From: Camelus ferus
Lineage: Eukaryota
Length of the DNA: 64,000 bases
Assembly (NCBI RefSeq): GCF_009834535.1
Contig: NC_045697.1
Location: forward strand, 12,340,001-12,404,000
Reading direction: 5' to 3'
Shown: one piece after another, positions 60,982 to 64,000 of the stretch
Position numbering within the stretch: position 1 is the first letter of the stretch
Layout: each line of letters begins with the position of its first letter
Program-made: the position numbers and the translations under genes
Notes under the pieces: model-generated
The model's input: the letters and a program-made list of their open reading frames with translations, nothing else
Told to the model about the DNA's origin: nothing
Database searches by the model: none

Positions 60982-61064
60982 CTAAAAGAGCATTAAATGT
61001 AGAAACCAAGAGGTCTTCATTTTCCTTAAAGCTTTTCTCAGAGCACAGTGCCAAAACTACTGTT

Positions 61065-61420
61065 AGTGGGTGTGGTGGTTAGCTTTTACTTCATGATAAA
61101 TCATCCTACCATTTAGTGGTTTAAGATGACAATCCTTTCTTTCCTTCACAATTCTGTGGGTGGCAATTTGGGCTGGGTTGAGTTGGGTAGCTCTTTTGCA
61201 GGTCTCAGATGGAACTCACTCACATGTCATTGGTCAGTTAGCAGGTTGGCTTGGGGCTGGTTGATCTAGGAGACACCTCAGGTGGGATGGCTGATCTCTG
61301 CTCCATTGTCCAGGAGTCTAGCTTGGTCTTCTTTATATGGTGGTGACAAGGGACCCAAAGTCATCAAGATAGGGCAAAGCCCAGGGACAAGTGCACTTTT
61401 CAGGTCTCTGCTTGCAGAAA
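61065..61420 (-). mobile_element. MLT1 (H/I/J-like) LTR
   Basis: atttagtggtttaag...tcacaattctgtgggtggcaatttgggctggg...tctctgctccat. Confidence 0.75.
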
Positions 61421-62899
61421 TATAAGCCTGGAGTGGCTGAACGTGATTTTGCTATCAGATTTGTAGAAACTGACAGTTACAGAAACTAACATGGAAGAAA
61501 GCAGAGATTTCAATGAAGAGAGACAAAATTATGTTAGATATCTGAATATAGAAATACCTGAAGCAACTGGAATTTTCAGTGAGTATTGAGGATCTCACCA
61601 TTTCTTTTTTTGTGTGTTTAGGTCAGTTTGGGTTGAAATTAGCTCCTTTTATAGTCAGTGTCCTAGCTAGTGCAATGCTTTTTTCCCAGCACCAGAGCGA
61701 GAGCTCCTTGAGACCTGGGTCTGTCTCTTTATCATCTTGACATCTCAGTCTCTGCTTAGTTTCTGTCTCCTGACTCGACTTGAGTGATTTAATGAATTAG
61801 TGAATGAGATTAGTAGGCAACCGGTCACATCTTTAATGGCAAACGTAGGATTTAGGACTTTTGTCATTCTTGGTTTTCTCACATAATTTACTGTGTCCTG
61901 GCTCCATGTCAGCAACTGGAAGTATTTTTTTTTTTTTACTTGCTTCCTTAAAATGTCCATTGGCTTGTTTCACTGTCATTTGATTCTATCTCTTTGTGCT
62001 AAGGTACAGGGGAAATGAATTCACTTTAATTGAGGGTTCCTATTATGAGGATTTGCATTATTGCTTCTTTCAAACAAACAGAATAGTGCAGAAACTGGTG
62101 ATTAATGTGATGGGAAGGAGCAAACATGCTATATGAGTCATTACATTAGATCCACCATGTTTAATGGTCTGTTATGCTGAGCAGAGAGTAGCAAGGAGCC
62201 TGCTGGGGGAAAGACAAGTCAAAAACCTCATAGACTCATTTTTTTTCCAAACTAACTTACAAGCAGAAAGTTGTTGCCATTCTCTGAACTACAAATGAAG
62301 CAACAACTCTGAGGACTTTTTTCCCCTCCTTTGACCAATGAGTGTGGGATGTAAGTTGACCCATGTTGTTCAGGGATGTTCTAAAGTGATATGGTGAAGG
62401 TAGTGATCGTCAAATATTGTGACCAGTTAAACTCAGTACTGTGTTAACACCTGCTTTCATGCCTAGACAATGGGAAAGTAACAGAGACCCAGTTTATAAA
62501 GTTATAATGAAAACTCACTGGGCTTGTTAAAAGGTTTGCTTTTAGGGGGGAAACATGCTAATTAAAGTATAAAAGCATTGGACTGGGAGTCAGAAATCTT
62601 GGTTCTAGTTTTTGCTCAGCTTCTGTTTGGATGAACTACCTCGGGCAAGATAGTTAACATTTTGAGCCTTAGTCTTCTCATCTACCTAAAAGGCTTAGTA
62701 ATTTCTATTTCACAAAATGGTGGTGAGTATTGATAAAGGTTTGTGAAATGCAAGCAATGGAAATTTAAGGAAATTTGGTTATTGAGTAGTAGTAGTATTG
62801 ATAATAATGCTGCAGTTACCCTGAGATGCCTAGAATTATGAATTTATGATCTCAGACATTTTCCAGGAATATAAATGAAATTTCCCTCCACTCCCATCC

Positions 62900-63240
62900 T
62901 TGGCACTTCTATTAGATTCTTCACACTGAAACCAGAGAGATCTAAAAAAATATAAATCTGATGATAATCACTCCCAATGCTTGGTGGCCTCCAGTTGATT
63001 CCCATTGCTGTTAAGACTGGAGCCAAGATTCTCAACATGACTAACAAGACTCTGTACCATCTGGCCCATTTTTACATCCACCCTTTCATCTCACAAAATC
63101 TTTTCTTTTGCTGTCTAGGTTCTACCTACATTGCCTTTTTTAAGGAGCACATTGCTCTGTACTCTTTATCTCAGAGCCATTGCACATGCTGTTCCTTTGC
63201 CCTAGAACACTTTTCCCTCTCTGCGTCTTAACTCTCACCT
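62900..63240 (+). mobile_element. L2 fragment
   Basis: aaatctgatgataatcactccc; ttgcacatgctgttcctttgccctagaacact. Confidence 0.75.
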
Positions 63241-63242
63241 CA

Positions 63243-63497
63243 TGTGGTAAGCTGAATAACAACCTCTCGCTCCCCGTAAGTATGTCCACATCCTAAATTC
63301 CAGAAGCTATGCTATCTTACATGGTAAATGGGACTTTATAAATGTGATTAAAGATCTTGAGATGGAGGAGAGTATTCTGGATTATCCAGGGGGAATCCAG
63401 TGTAATCACAAGGATCGTTATAAAAGTGAAGGTGAAGAGAAGAGGGTGAACTATAGTAGTAGGAGATGTGACTATGGAGGAAAGAGGTTGGAGTGAC
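63243..63497 (+). mobile_element. MLT1D-like LTR, 5' half only
   Basis: tgtggtaagctgaataa...tgtccacatcctaa...gatcttgagatgg...ctggattatccagggggaatccagtgtaatcacaagg. Confidence 0.85.
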
Positions 63498-63569
63498 TGT
63501 GAACAATTACCGACAGCATGAAGTTGGTCTGCCAGTGGAGTAGATGGGGAGGGCATCGGGGCCGTTCTT

Positions 63570-64000
63570 GAGAGTGCAGTCAATGGAGGCTTCTTATGGA
63601 AAGGCTCAAGTGGAGCTCTGATGTTTGGCTAAAGAGGTAGGGACAGAGAATGTTCAAAGCAGTAGGGACAGCATGGACATACGCTCCTCGAGCAAAAGCT
63701 GTGACGAGCACAGAATGCTGTTGCATGCCGATGGTGACTGAAGTTGGAGAAGGAATCAAGGGCCTTATGAGCAGTTTAATGATTTAAGCCAATAAGGGGC
63801 TATGGAACGGTTTTAAGTGGGGAGAGAAATGATGAGATTTGAATTGTAGGGGGGAAGTGGGAGAAAGAGAGAAAGTGGCTGTTTCCATATTTGGCAATGG
63901 GAAGACTTTGGTCTAAAAAGGGGAGTGGTGATGAGAATGAAGGCAAAATCACAGGTCCGAGCGATATTTAGGAGGTAGCCTCTGTAGGACTTTGACTGAT
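63570..64000 (-). mobile_element. L2 fragment
   Basis: ggttttaagtggggagagaaatgatgagatttg; gatatttaggaggtag..taggacttt. Confidence 0.6.

Noticed and set aside
1..64000. Naming a host gene or exact species
   Set aside because: No exon is recognisable. The camelid assignment rests only on remembered L1 3' ends and the absence of other lineages' SINEs.

Overview
Mammalian (eutherian) genomic DNA. It is repeat-dense and intronic or intergenic, and I recognise no protein-coding gene, RNA gene or CpG island. Ancient repeats dominate (MIR, L2, MER5, MLT1, LTR16, LTR33, old L1M), alongside several younger L1 copies with artiodactyl-type 3' ends. I see no Alu, B1/B2, Can-SINE, Bov-A/BovB, PRE-1 or CHR SINEs, so a camelid origin is my tentative guess. 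The only ORFs in the track that I recognise as protein are broken L1 ORF2 pieces; the rest look like chance ORFs. The best-supported unusual structures are retrotransposition fossils. (1) A 2.75-kb composite insertion (55027-57776) splits a MIR, is flanked by a 14-bp TSD, and combines a twin-priming inversion, an apparent 3' transduction and an L1 whose 3' UTR is swapped for foreign mRNA-like sequence. (2) A full-length-origin L1 (4174-7909) has a scrambled, deleted middle. (3) A four-fold 'restart' duplication lies at 8960-9082. There is also a MER41-like LTR with a STAT motif, several repeat-free enhancer-like blocks, and a few weak exon or recursive-splice-site candidates. Repeat family names come from my recollection of consensus sequences, not from a search, and boundaries of old repeats are approximate. 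I found no convincing novel biological system.
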